Below, one piece after another: positions 52,319 through 64,000 of a DNA stretch of 64,000 nt; within the stretch, counting starts at the first letter, position 1, and the number at the start of each line of letters is the position of its first letter. The notes under the pieces were generated by a model, which ran no database searches, was not told where the DNA came from, and saw only the letters and a list, made by a program, of their open reading frames with translations. The DNA lies in the NCBI GenBank assembly GCA_012295275.1, contig CM022671.1, forward strand, positions 16,244,001-16,308,000, given 5' to 3'. The stretch comes from Chrysomallon squamiferum. Lineage: Eukaryota; Animalia; Mollusca. The translations under genes and the position numbers were made by a program.

Positions 52319-54824
52319 GGGGTGCCCAAGATGTAGCAAGAATTCAAATTATTTATCAATACTGATCAAACATGAACTTGGAAATAAATGGTTAATATTC
52401 AAAAGTTTCATTAACTTCTAATCCATAATAGTAATAGCTATATTTTACTATGACAGAACATAAACATACATTTATATCCTAATAAAAACACAAGCTGATA
52501 AACAGATATAAAACTCTAACAAACAAGTTACCATGATTTAAGATACTGCATTACTAACACTAAACATACACCCATAAAGACAAGTTTACACATACACAAA
52601 CTGACACAGATAAAGCTGAAATGTCTATGAATGTTTTTTTGCATCTGTTATTCTTTTACATACCCATAACTTAATCTTTATAAAATCCTGCAGTTATTAT
52701 AACCTGAATATAAACTTCTGTTTTTTGGATTCAGTCAGGGAATTAGCATTGTTACATTAGATAACTAGTTCAAAGATTCTTATTTATTGTGGGCATAGCC
52801 TGAGTATCCATCAAAAATCTTTCTCCAAGACAAACCTATGTATGGTCTAACATCTTTCTTGCCTAAATGTACTATATTCTTATGTAGCATCACATTGTCA
52901 CCATTTTTTATTTAAACCAAAAGTGGGAGACATGGGCCATTTCCAAATCACAGCAACCCACACCTTTCTTCTAATACCCATCAATAATAGCTTCACCTGT
53001 ATTGTTCAGCTATAATACAATTAATACAATATGATTGTATTATCTTATTAACTTAGTTTCTAGATATATTTCTCGGGAATATAACCAGCATATTGTCTCC
53101 GTTTCTAATGGACAAATTGATTGTGTTAACCTTCTTTTTTCACAAGTATATAATTATAGAGTAAAAGCAATGTCTGTGTGTATTTTGCTTGTATGGATTC
53201 TTGTTTACACTAAATTTGCTGTGTATATTTCTAAGTAAGTGCCCATCATAATGAAATCAGCTTACTTTAGCTATAATGAATGCCAATAAAACAGAATCAT
53301 ACTATCTTGTGTTGGTAAATTATGCAATCAATAACTCTCTGAAGGAGATAAATCAGTGAGAATTGAAAGCCTGGTATGATAATGCTACGTTAGAATGATG
53401 TATGTATTTTTCCACCATTTGATTATATTTTGATGAAAATTAACCTGGTTTGACAGCCGCATCAATACAGGATGAACAGACAATGGGGTGCTGATTACCT
53501 GTAGGTGACAGTGTAACTACAGGTTGTGAGACCAGACATTGATCACAGCCAACACCAACCAGTACTGGTAATTACAACTTGAGACAAACTGATTTTTATA
53601 TTTAAATTTCATATTTATGTGGACAAATAACAAATCTGTTGTATAGTTGTTATAATCTGTATTTCGTATTTTATAAGATTATAATTCCATTCTCATGTTA
53701 ATATATTATGTTATATTTTTGTCAACAGATAATGAGTTCTCATAAAAAAAAAAAGTTTTATATTAAAATTTCATACTTTTTTTCAACAACCAATGTATTC
53801 TCACATAAAACTACCTGTAATATTTTTTAATCCATATTTCATAATGTTGTGGGCAAATGATGTTTCTCATACAAATCTACTGTAAAATGGTTATGTCTGT
53901 ATTCATATTTAAAAAATAATAATAATAATAATAACAATGAAAAAGAAAGAAACCTCTATTTCATTTTTAATATATTCTTACAAAAACTGATAATTTAATC
54001 AATAATCTAACAACATTATTACACAATGACCTTTTTTTTTTTTTTTTTTTTTTTCATTTGTCTGAACAAAGATTGCAATTTTGCTTATTAATCTGCCATC
54101 ATGGTAATTTATTTAATTTCTCTCGATGGAGAATATTAAAAGATGTACATACCCTCATGTAAGACAGAATGAAGATGATCAGCTGGTATTTCCCAGAGAC
54201 ATACAGAGTCAACACAACCAAAGAAACAGGACAGTAATCAATCTGGACTTGTCTGCACCATCAAAGTACAGACTGATACACAACACCTGCTTGTGCAATA
54301 CGAGTCATAGAATGTATCAGCATCTGTGTTGAATATTAATTTTATTAAACCAGTGGTCATAAATAATTTAATATGTCATTTCAAAATTAGCTACACTTTT
54401 ATGAAGAAACTTTTAATTTAACAATAGAAAAAGGAAGATTAAAATAATAAAAATGTTAATGAGTTCAGAATATATAAATTACAAATTCAAAGGATTAATG
54501 CATTGAGCATAGCATAATTAATTTCAAATTGAATTCATATGTAACTATTTCATGATTAATTATTGTTATAGCAGGTTAAATAAACATAAAAATTAAATAA
54601 TCCATTCATTGATGTATTAAAAAAATATTTGTTTTCTTCATTTCATTTATTAAATGACATATTTCTAATTGCATTTATATTGACAAAAAGAAGAATTTAA
54701 CTAATTAATGCATATAATTAATTTATAAAATAAAATATTTAAAAATTTCATAAATATTCATTTTAAAAATTCTTTCTGATAAATTCTTGTATGAAATTAT
54801 TTCTATTCAAATATATAAAGTATA

Positions 54825-55720
54825 ATGAACACTGGTTTAGATAAATTATCACAAACAATGTAAAATATAATGAATAGTGAGTGGTTCATATAAAGACTGG
54901 TAAACAAACCATCACAGTGACTGGTTCATAACTTTGCAATTGAGACTGGTTCACTTAACAAGACTGGTTCATGGAACATTACTATGAAAACTATCTAATG
55001 TAACAGGTAAGATTTCCAAGTAACAATGAAAATTAGTTCATGTAACATTATCACAAAGACTTTTCATGTTACACTATGATGAAGACTGAGAAATGTAATA
55101 TTATTATAAAGACTGGTTCATATAACACTCATAAAGACTGGTTCATGTAACCCTATCATAAAGACTGGTTCATGTAACCCTATCATAAAGACTGGTTCAT
55201 GTAACCCTATCATAAAGACTGGTTCATGTAACCCTATCATACAGACTGGTTCATGTAACCCTATAATAAAGACTGGTTCATGTAACCCTATCATAAAGAC
55301 TGGTTCATGTAACATCATAAAAACTGGTTCATGTAACATTATAAATACTGGTTCATGTAACACTATCATAAAGACTGGTTCATGTAACATTATCCATAAT
55401 GCCTGGTTCATGTAACATTATCATAAAAAGTGGTTCATGTACCACTATCATAAAGACTAGTTCATGTAACATCATAAAAACTGGTTCATATATCATTATC
55501 ATAAAGGCTGGTTCATGTTACACTACAATGAAGACTGATATATATAACATCATCATTAAAAACTGATTCATGCAAAATTATAATAAAGACCGATTCATAT
55601 AACATTGTCATTAAATCCGGGCCATATTACACTATCATCAACTCTGAATTCATGCAGAATCATCATAACGAGTGGTTCATATATCATAAAGACTGGTTTA
55701 CATAACACCGTAATAAAGTC
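54825..55720. repeat. 27-bp minisatellite, largest array in the window
   Basis: Unit TCATAAAGACTGGTTCATGTAACCCTA; near-identical core ~55130-55310, 24-bp variants to its right, progressively degenerate flanks. Confidence 0.97.
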
Positions 55721-55826
55721 TGCCTTAACACTGACGTGAAAACTGGATTACATAACAAATCAGCGACAAGCTGAGGACAGAAAGCAAAGAGAGACAGACA
55801 CAGCAATGACAGCTGCTGAGTCTGTC

Positions 55827-55900
55827 CTCACAAAGGACTGTTCTGTTCTCACAAAGGACCACTCTACCCTCACAAAGGACTGCTCCATCCTCACAAAGCA
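55827..55900. repeat. 21-bp tandem repeat, about 4 copies
   Basis: CTCACAAAG(G/C)AC core every 21 bp. Confidence 0.9.
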
Positions 55901-56427
55901 CCACTGTCACTGGGAACAGCCTGCAGCTCCACATCACAGCAAGGCTAGAGCAGTAACCTGGTGAGGACAATCAGGGGCACTTAACCTGGGGCACTCATCA
56001 CTTTTGTAATCACGCAGTACATGCTAGTGGTGACGGAACGAGTATTCAAAACATCACTGAATGTTAGCTGACTGATACACTGCAAAGTGATATACATGCG
56101 TGTAAATTTATTGAACATTGACTGATTGATCTTTTGCAGAATTATTCCATATCAGGAATATCAACTGATTGATCTATTTCTATCATATTTATTTTAATAT
56201 CAACTGGTTGATATTTTGCAATTGATATAAGCATATAAATGTATTAAATATCAACTTGTTAATACATTTTTATCAATATAACTATGTATATGTATTGAAT
56301 ATTATAGAATATGCAACTGCAGCCTATGAAGAATATAATTAATTAAAGTTTTACTGAAATAAATCATTAAACTCAACCGAATAAATATATTGTTCAATAT
56401 TCAAAGTTTACACATACACACATACAG

Positions 56428-56430
<3 letters not shown>

Positions 56431-56512
<82 letters not shown>
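56431..56512. repeat. (GA)n microsatellite
   Basis: Perfect GA run. Confidence 0.98.
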
Positions 56513-56514
<2 letters not shown>

Positions 56515-56888
56515 CGTTGTTTTAATTAAACATATATAGAAAAAAACACTGTATGAAATATCAATGTACTGATTATAAGGCAAATATGTAACATTAATCC
56601 AGAGCAGAAATAAACTGTAATATTAATTTATACATATAAAACAAAAGAAAAACCTACTTGAATTAAATTCCCATTGTTATTAGTTTCATCTGCATTAAGT
56701 TCTCCAGAGATAAGAATATTTAGTATTCCAGCCAGTGTGCTGTTTTTACAAACCGCTGATTAGAAGAGGGAATTGCTTCTCCTCTATCCATGCAATTGAT
56801 CTTCAGCTTAGCACATCTTGGATGAATTCTTTTAAGCAATGAATGATGACATTGCACTTCAGATTTCCAATATGATTTTTAAACAGAC

Positions 56889-56941
<53 letters not shown>

Positions 56942-56976
56942 GAACATATTTCTGAGTTGTTAATTTTTTTCTTAAT

Positions 56977-57019
<43 letters not shown>

Positions 57020-57926
57020 TTAGTTTTATATTTTTACCAATGGACATAAAGTAAATGACTAAAGTATAATTTACGTTTCTGGAGAGGAAATTACAACAGA
57101 AAAGAAAATAATGAAGATTGACATCCAGGCTAAAACCTGTGTATTTCTGGCTTCCCAAACTAAATACTCTGCTTTGTTACTTAATGACTGTTTCAACAAA
57201 CTGAGCAAAATGCCAACTGATTTACTTGCTAAAATCCCCATTGTAAAGGCTAATGCTTGCATAAAAACATGATAGAATTTAATTTGAAAAAATAAAAAAA
57301 AAAAAAAAATAAAAAAACTATAATAATAAAACACCACATTTTCCCATTCATACTGGCTGATAATGATGATAGCTTGGGGAAAAGTTGTGGGCTGAAAGTT
57401 AGTGTGGAAAAACCCAAGTAATTAATGTAATCTTCTGCTTTCCACTGCTTACTTGGTTCAGGAAATCAGATTTGTTTCTACGGCATACAGCTCCAAGTCA
57501 GCAATTTTCAGCATTTAACTGCCATTAAGATAATAATGGACACACCGTATTTAAAACCACCTGATTACATTCATTTTCATTTCACAGATTAATTCTCCTC
57601 AAACAGGTCACCTGAGAAACAAATTAAATTAATGACCACTGGCTGAGAGCAGCCCCAACCTTAATTACTCTCTCTCTCTCTCTCATAATGAAAAGACTTT
57701 TAAATGAGAAAAAAAAAAAAAAAAAAAAAAAAAGGAAAGAAAAATATTCAATAGACTGTCACTTAATCTATGACACTGGGGCTGACAGGGAGAAATATGC
57801 GGTATTTTAAATATTTTTAAAAGAACCGTGTCATGAATGATGATGATTCAACACATCTGGGAATGAATTAATATTCGACACCGCTAACATTTTCACATTT
57901 AAAATTTATAACATCCCCAAAAATAT

Positions 57927-57988
57927 GGGATTCAGATGAATATTTTTAGTTATTTTTGGGATTCAGATGAATATTTTTAGTTATTTTT
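57927..57988. repeat. Perfect 31-bp tandem duplication
   Basis: GGGATTCAGATGAATATTTTTAGTTATTTTT twice. Confidence 0.97.
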
Positions 57989-58304
57989 CTCTTTGTTTTT
58001 CTTTCGGTGTTTATTTTAAATTAAATTTATTTAATGACAAAATACACGTTTAGATGTCAAAATGTAGAGAATTTCTTTAGTTGTTTTCTCTTTTTCTTAA
58101 TTTTTATTTATTTATTTATTATTATTTTTTTTTTTTATTACTTTTATTATTATTATTATTATTATTATTTTTTTTTTTTTTTTTTTTTTTTATATTGACA
58201 ATAAGCCATTTTATCAGCCCTGAGATCTGGTGAAGTGTTTTAGTTATTTTTGTCTGGCTTTCTCTTTCCTTTTTTTGCATAATGACAATATGACATTTCA
58301 ACAC

Positions 58305-58425
58305 TTAGATCTGTAACCTATATATGACAATATCTATAGAGAGGAAAGCACACATTACAATCACTTGTAATGGTTGGAACAGGAAACAACATAATGGGTG
58401 CACTGTTGACTATTTATCCAGCTTG
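58305..58425 (-). mobile_element. Possible decayed internal fragment of the same SINE family as 24744-25263
   Basis: GAAAGCACA...TGGTTGGAACAGGAAACAACATAATGGGTGCACTG resembles GAAAGCACAG...TGACTAGGACAGGAACTAACACAGTGGGTGGACTG at ~25127-25205. Confidence 0.4.
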
Positions 58426-58589
58426 AGTCTGGAGTTTCATAGCATTCTGTTCTCAAACTGAACCAGGCAGTGATTTGGTTTTTGAAGAAGTCTGAAAGTA
58501 TTAATCTATTGCTTTCTGGCTTTTGTTGCTGACTTTAACTTTGGTTAAAACATTAGATTATTGTTCTTAATATTTTTATTATTGAATAT

Positions 58590-59060
58590 CTAGAATATAT
58601 ATGCTTCATCTTAACAATATTGTTATGTAGATAATATTCATCATTTTATATATATTATTTAGACTGTGTATGCAGTTAATATGTAGAAGATGGTTCAGAA
58701 TAAATATACTTCATTTTAATAATATTGTTATATAGGTGATATAGAGAATGTTTCATTTCAACAATACTGTTATGCAGAAGATGTGTAGGATATGTTTCAT
58801 TTTTAACAATATTTATACAGAAGATGTACAAAATATGTTTCATTTAAACAATATTTTTATATAGGTGAGTTACAGAGCATGCTTCGTTTTAACAATATTG
58901 TCAGGCAGAAGATGTATGGATAATACAGTTAGGCAGAAGATCTGTAGAGCAGAAATGCTTCATTTTAACAACATTACGTGTAAGATGCATGGCGCATACA
59001 TTTTAACAGTGTTGTTATATGTGCTCCGTACAGAGTAAATATGCTTCGTTTTATCAATTT
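58590..59060. repeat. Degenerate ~45-55 bp minisatellite
   Basis: ATG(C/T)TTCATTTTAACAATATTGTTAT.CAGAAGATGT recurs about 9 times. Confidence 0.85.
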
Positions 59061-59674
59061 CTTTTAGCTGTTTGAAAGCGAACTCAACGGGCCGCTGAGA
59101 CAAGAGTAAACACTGTCAGTGCATTACTTGATTCAATAAGAAATTTGCTAACAAAATGAGAAGACGGCACAGTGTTGTCATTACTTACATGTCAGTATTG
59201 ATTGGTCAATATCCCATCATAACAGGCAGCCAATTACTGTGGAAGAGTTAAAATGACACCGGGGTTAGGAAAACTCTCCATCAGTCAGTGAAGCATTCCA
59301 ATTTGTAGACAAGTAGAGTTTTACTAATAAACAGATATAAAACCCATTTCCGCGATATCACCAGATCAATAGTTCCAGAAATGAGCATCTCTGGGGTTTT
59401 TATAGCTTATTTCGTTTTGTTTTTCTTTCACCATTGCCCAAAATTCCCGAAAAAAAAAAAAAAAAAAAGTTGAAAAAAGAAAAAAAAGAAGATTTATTTC
59501 AGTTTGTCCACAATGACAGTTAAATAAATAAAGAAAAAAATAAATCATTTCAGTCCTAAAATGTATTGTTTTATCTAAAAAATCATTGTGAAATGTCAGA
59601 CTTTTAATATCCTGCTTGTCAAATAATAAATCTTAAAAAAAAAAGAGAGAAGTTTTATCAAATTCACACACACA

Positions 59675-59885
59675 TATACAGAGCTAGATAGAGAGAATGA
59701 CAAAGATAAAGAGTGAAAAAACAGAGATAGGAAGATAGAAAGTGAGAAAAAAAGAGACAGGAAGATAGAGAAAGAGAGAAAAAGAAAAAGAAAGAAAAAG
59801 AAAAATAGAAAATAAGAAAGAGAAAAGAGAAAAATAAAACCAGAAACAATAAATTAAACATAAAAACAAAACAAAAAAACCAGAA
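59675..59885. repeat. Purine-rich (A/G) low-complexity tract
   Basis: Seen directly. Confidence 0.85.
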
Positions 59886-60924
59886 AAGACATTAATATCT
59901 AAAGACTGTGCATGGTGGCTGTTTTCAATATTCAAGCTTCTAAAATATTCATCAAATTCCATTTGACAACAACAGAGATGAATCGGTCTAATGAAACCCA
60001 ATGGGACCGACAACATATGCTAAATAAAAGAGTCTGTCAAATAGATTAGACTATAAGACACCCTGGGACAATAAAATATATACTTTTATTCCATTTTCGG
60101 GCTTTGCAGTCTGTACCGTGAATCAGTGGCCAGATACAGGTCCTCTGTGACTGTGTCTGATGCTAAGGCTCATATTTATGCTGGAATCAGTAAAACGTTA
60201 GTTAAATGGATGTTTTAAAACTTTACCACATGAGTTACCCATGATTTGATAAAGTGCTTCCTGGGACTGGCTGACATGCATAGCAAACTGTGGTTATACT
60301 GAATAGTTAATTAGTTATTATGCACAATTAACAAGAAAGACAATTTTTTTCCATAGTGGAGGAAGAAATGTGACTCAGTTTGTGTAGCCGTTTTGGCTGG
60401 AGAGAAACTGTTAATAAGATCAGTATTGAAAAGTTATTAAAAAAAAAAGATTTTTTTTAGTGTAAATGCATGTACACTGCATTGCATACAAACAACTAAT
60501 CTCCAGAACAACTGGGCTGTTATATACAGTGAGCTCTATTTGCTGGATGGATGATGGCTTGCAAAAAAAAACACAAAACCAAAAAAAAAAACCTGAAAAA
60601 AACTTGATTTTGTTTTGTTCTGTGAAAATGGTGTATTTGAATAGTTCTTATTTGTACACAAGTTACTGTTAGGTTTCATATTTCTCTGCTCAATATTAAG
60701 CTCAATTTACAATAAATGATTCACTGACACAATCCATGTGTTTATTTCACTTGGTTGATAAACATACATTTCTTTCTTTTTCTCAAATCAATCTGTTTTA
60801 TTGATACCTTATCAAAATAGAATATAGAAAAGTGAGAAAAATATCAAATGTAATTTGAGAAGATAGTGAATGGAAGAAAACAATAAAAATAATATATTTT
60901 CTCTTCTGTCATGAAACAAAAACG

Positions 60925-61090
60925 ATAGCAGCAGCAACAACAATAACAGCATGAGAAACAACAATTACATCAACTGTATCAGTAACAACAGAAATGACAA
61001 CAGCTGCAGCAACAACAGCAAATGAAACAGCAAGTGGTGCAACAACAACAACAACAACAAAGCAACCACAACAACCACAGAAACAGCAAT
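60925..61090. repeat. (CAA)/(CAG) low-complexity tract
   Basis: Imperfect CAA/CAG trinucleotide runs. Confidence 0.85.
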
Positions 61091-62409
61091 ATCAAGCATG
61101 AGATACAGTAATTGTAAGAAAAACCCATTTTGGTAATACTAAGCTGAAATACAACAGCAGTGAAAATAACCAGCAACTCACTGTAATACTGTGATGACAA
61201 GTAGTGGAAAAGAAAAGCACTGTGCCTGTTGCCACATATGAATATACAACCAGTCTATCAATATACAACTCCAGTTAACCTTAATTATTCTGTAATTACT
61301 TTCCATAGATGACATTCAAACTGATCATGTCCACGCTAATGACAAACAATCCAAATTTTATCAGGCCTGTAAAACTTTCCCATTTGCTGCTAATCGGAAG
61401 TAGATGGAAAAGAAATCAAAGACATCGATATGGACAGGGCAGAGTAATGACTCGGCATCAATATCTAACAGAGGGAAGATGGCAAAATCACCGTTAATGA
61501 GAAAATAATGTCTTCTTGCAGTTGTTCATTTGTTTTCCTATCAAACAGCCTATAAAGGTGTGTTGACAGACCATGTTACATTTGGTCATCCACGGTTTTT
61601 TGTTAGTTCAAGGGAAAACTGTTGTTTTTGTGGTTTTTCTTTAACAAGCCGTGATGACACAATGTGAAAGCAGGCGGCCATTAAATAATGTAACACTGTC
61701 AATAGAAGCCTCATTTGTATTGAACAACCTTTTAGCAGCTTATTGATGTTTCTGTAATTGCAATTTACATTGTTTGGATGCTTCAATTAACCCTTGTTGA
61801 AGACACACAATTATAGGGTCTCCTGTAATGCATGTTCAGTTACAAGCAAGTTAACATCAGATTCTATTGTAAACAAAACATGCAAAAATAAATTGTTATA
61901 TTTAGTAAACAGCCCAGTTTGGTAACTGTTATTTTTTTTTTGTAAGTGTTTACATCCAGGTTTTTTTGTATTAATATGCCGATTTTTCTAATTCATTGCT
62001 TGTGAAATATAAATAATAAAAGTGATTGATAATCTGATCTGTTATTGAAAGTACTTCCTCAGTGGTTGGGTATAATGTGTTTCAGTGGAGTCTGTAGATG
62101 TAATTTAGTCATATATAAATAATCCCAACATTGTTAGATGACATAATATGAAGTCATTTTACTGTCTATATTAACTAATTAATATTAATGACATTCACAT
62201 TTTATGGTGGTAGTGCTGCAGAACACCACCCAAAGTATAGGTAATTTAATAAAAATGTCTAAGTAGTCAGTAGTTTATTCATTATATTCTACACTGTATC
62301 TGGAGTCTTTGATTATATTCTACACCATGTAACCGAGCTTTCTCTTTTACTGTATAAACCACATAACTTCCTTAACTGAATGAGTGATTTCAAAAAAAAA
62401 TATTTTTGC

Positions 62410-62980
62410 ATGATCTAGACCAGTTAAAACTTTCCAGTTAAACTAATGGCAAAAATTACTTGACAGTAAGCAGTGCGATGAATATTTGAGCAAATCACGC
62501 AATCTCCCCGGGTCTGGATGAATGGTTCATGAATTATGCTTGTATATTTCAGACAATCTAAACCCATACTAATGGGGGAAAAAATTTATTTAAAGATAAA
62601 TGGGACAATTATTATTTGAACAAACTCCTGGACTGTATTACTGATATAAATATGCTTGGACAATCTAGTCGAATCAAAATTTTCCCATTAAAACACTTAA
62701 TTAATGGTAAATTATTCAATGATAAGCTTGGCAATGATTATTTGAACTGCCTCCTGGACTGGAAAACTGATATAAAATAGGCTTGGACAATCTAGACAAT
62801 TTAAAACTTTTCCATTAAGCATAGATGAATGAAATGTTGTTTAATGATAAGCAGGTGCTATTGTCTGAACAAACTCCCGGACTGTATTACTGACATAAAT
62901 ATGCTTGCACAGTCTAGACCAGTTAAAAAGTTCCCATTAAAACACAAATTAACGATAAATTATTCAGTGATGAGCAATGT
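62410..62980. repeat. ~125-bp tandem repeat, about 4.5 copies
   Basis: CTCC(T/C)GGACTG...ACTGA(T/C)ATAAA.ATGCTTGGACAATCTAGAC...CCATTAA recurs; TCTAG at ~62414, ~62664, ~62791 and ~62913. Confidence 0.92.
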
Positions 62981-64000
62981 CTAGAGTTACCTGCATATCA
63001 CATAACTGAATTACCTGCGGCAGTTATCAGGTAGTTATCATTAAACCTTAATGAAGAGGATAGCTTGAAAGCAAATTCAGTAAGATGTCAGAATTAATGT
63101 CATTATTAAAATATAATACGACAAGTCATGAAGTAACTGTTGAATTGTTATAAAGGAATATTTTCAATACACTTTTTGTTTTCTAAATAAAACAAAAAAT
63201 ATATCATAATAAACAAATAATCTTAAAAAGTATAAATATATGAAGTATTTTAATGTAATATTTCTCTATAATGTATTATTAATATCACTGGATGAAATAA
63301 ATAATTAGGGAAATAAAGCCAAATGATTGTTTATAAATAATATTTACTATGTTTTCAAAACATCCTGCACTTTGTTTTATATAGGAAATCTGAATATTTA
63401 TAAATACAGGTTAAATTTGCTATGCATGCTTGTAACTACCTAAATAAGGTTTAATAACATGATTTTGGAAAAAGAAAGAAAAAGACTTCACCAAATGGCT
63501 CATGATGGATGTACAATTGCTTTTGATGCTTTAATACAGGAGGTATGTTAATTTTTTTCTAAAAACAAGTTCAGTTATCAATAAATATAAATCTGTTTTT
63601 GTTAATTTTAAATTTTATTATTATTATATATATATATATATATATATTTTAGTATATTAATAAGGTTATTATTTAGATCGCAAACTCAGCTATGGTTTGG
63701 TCTGATCATAAATCAATGACACAGAGCAATGACATTCAGAGATTTGATTCATTTACAGACTAGTTTAAATGATGAACAAGTGCTTAACACCGATTCTTTC
63801 TCTGTGTATGATCTATAACATTATTCTGACATAATGATGTATAAGTAATGTCAAACTCTTGATCGTTCGTGTACAAAAAAAATAATAACTTACCAAAACT
63901 TAAGAAGTAAAAAAAGAAACAATCATTATAAAGATTACAATAATTTAATCTCTTTAAATAGTGTTGACTTTATGAAATGGACAAATCATCCATGATCAAA

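Noticed and set aside
60979-61200. Cys-rich, metallothionein-like ORF on the minus strand
   Set aside because: Translation of the reverse complement of a CAA/CAG microsatellite.

Overview
Eukaryotic, strongly AT-rich (roughly 30% GC by eye), CpG-depleted animal DNA, essentially non-coding. Decayed tRNA-derived SINE and TTAA-MITE copies resemble repeats I recall from gastropod molluscs, but this is from memory and unverified. None of the supplied ORFs looks like a real intact gene; most come from microsatellites, A/T tracts or chance. The best reading is a very long intronic region near the 5' end of a gene on the minus strand. Evidence: a near-consensus 46-nt exon (17846-17891), a candidate alternative first exon (Inr at ~3280, ATG 2957, donor at 2918, MECTNRTKLDQFF), weaker micro-exon candidates (51808-51841, 32891-32912) and a consistent A>T and (GA)n/(CA)n strand skew. 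I cannot identify the gene. The rest is a quasi-regular alternation of A-tract or minisatellite spacers with 200-600 bp higher-complexity islands rich in TGACAG and TAATTA motifs, a few CpG-retaining patches, many unrelated minisatellites and one nested MITE-in-SINE insertion. I found no rRNA, intact tRNA, CRISPR array, transposase ORF or recognisable miRNA, and no firmly supported novel system. The findings are hypotheses.
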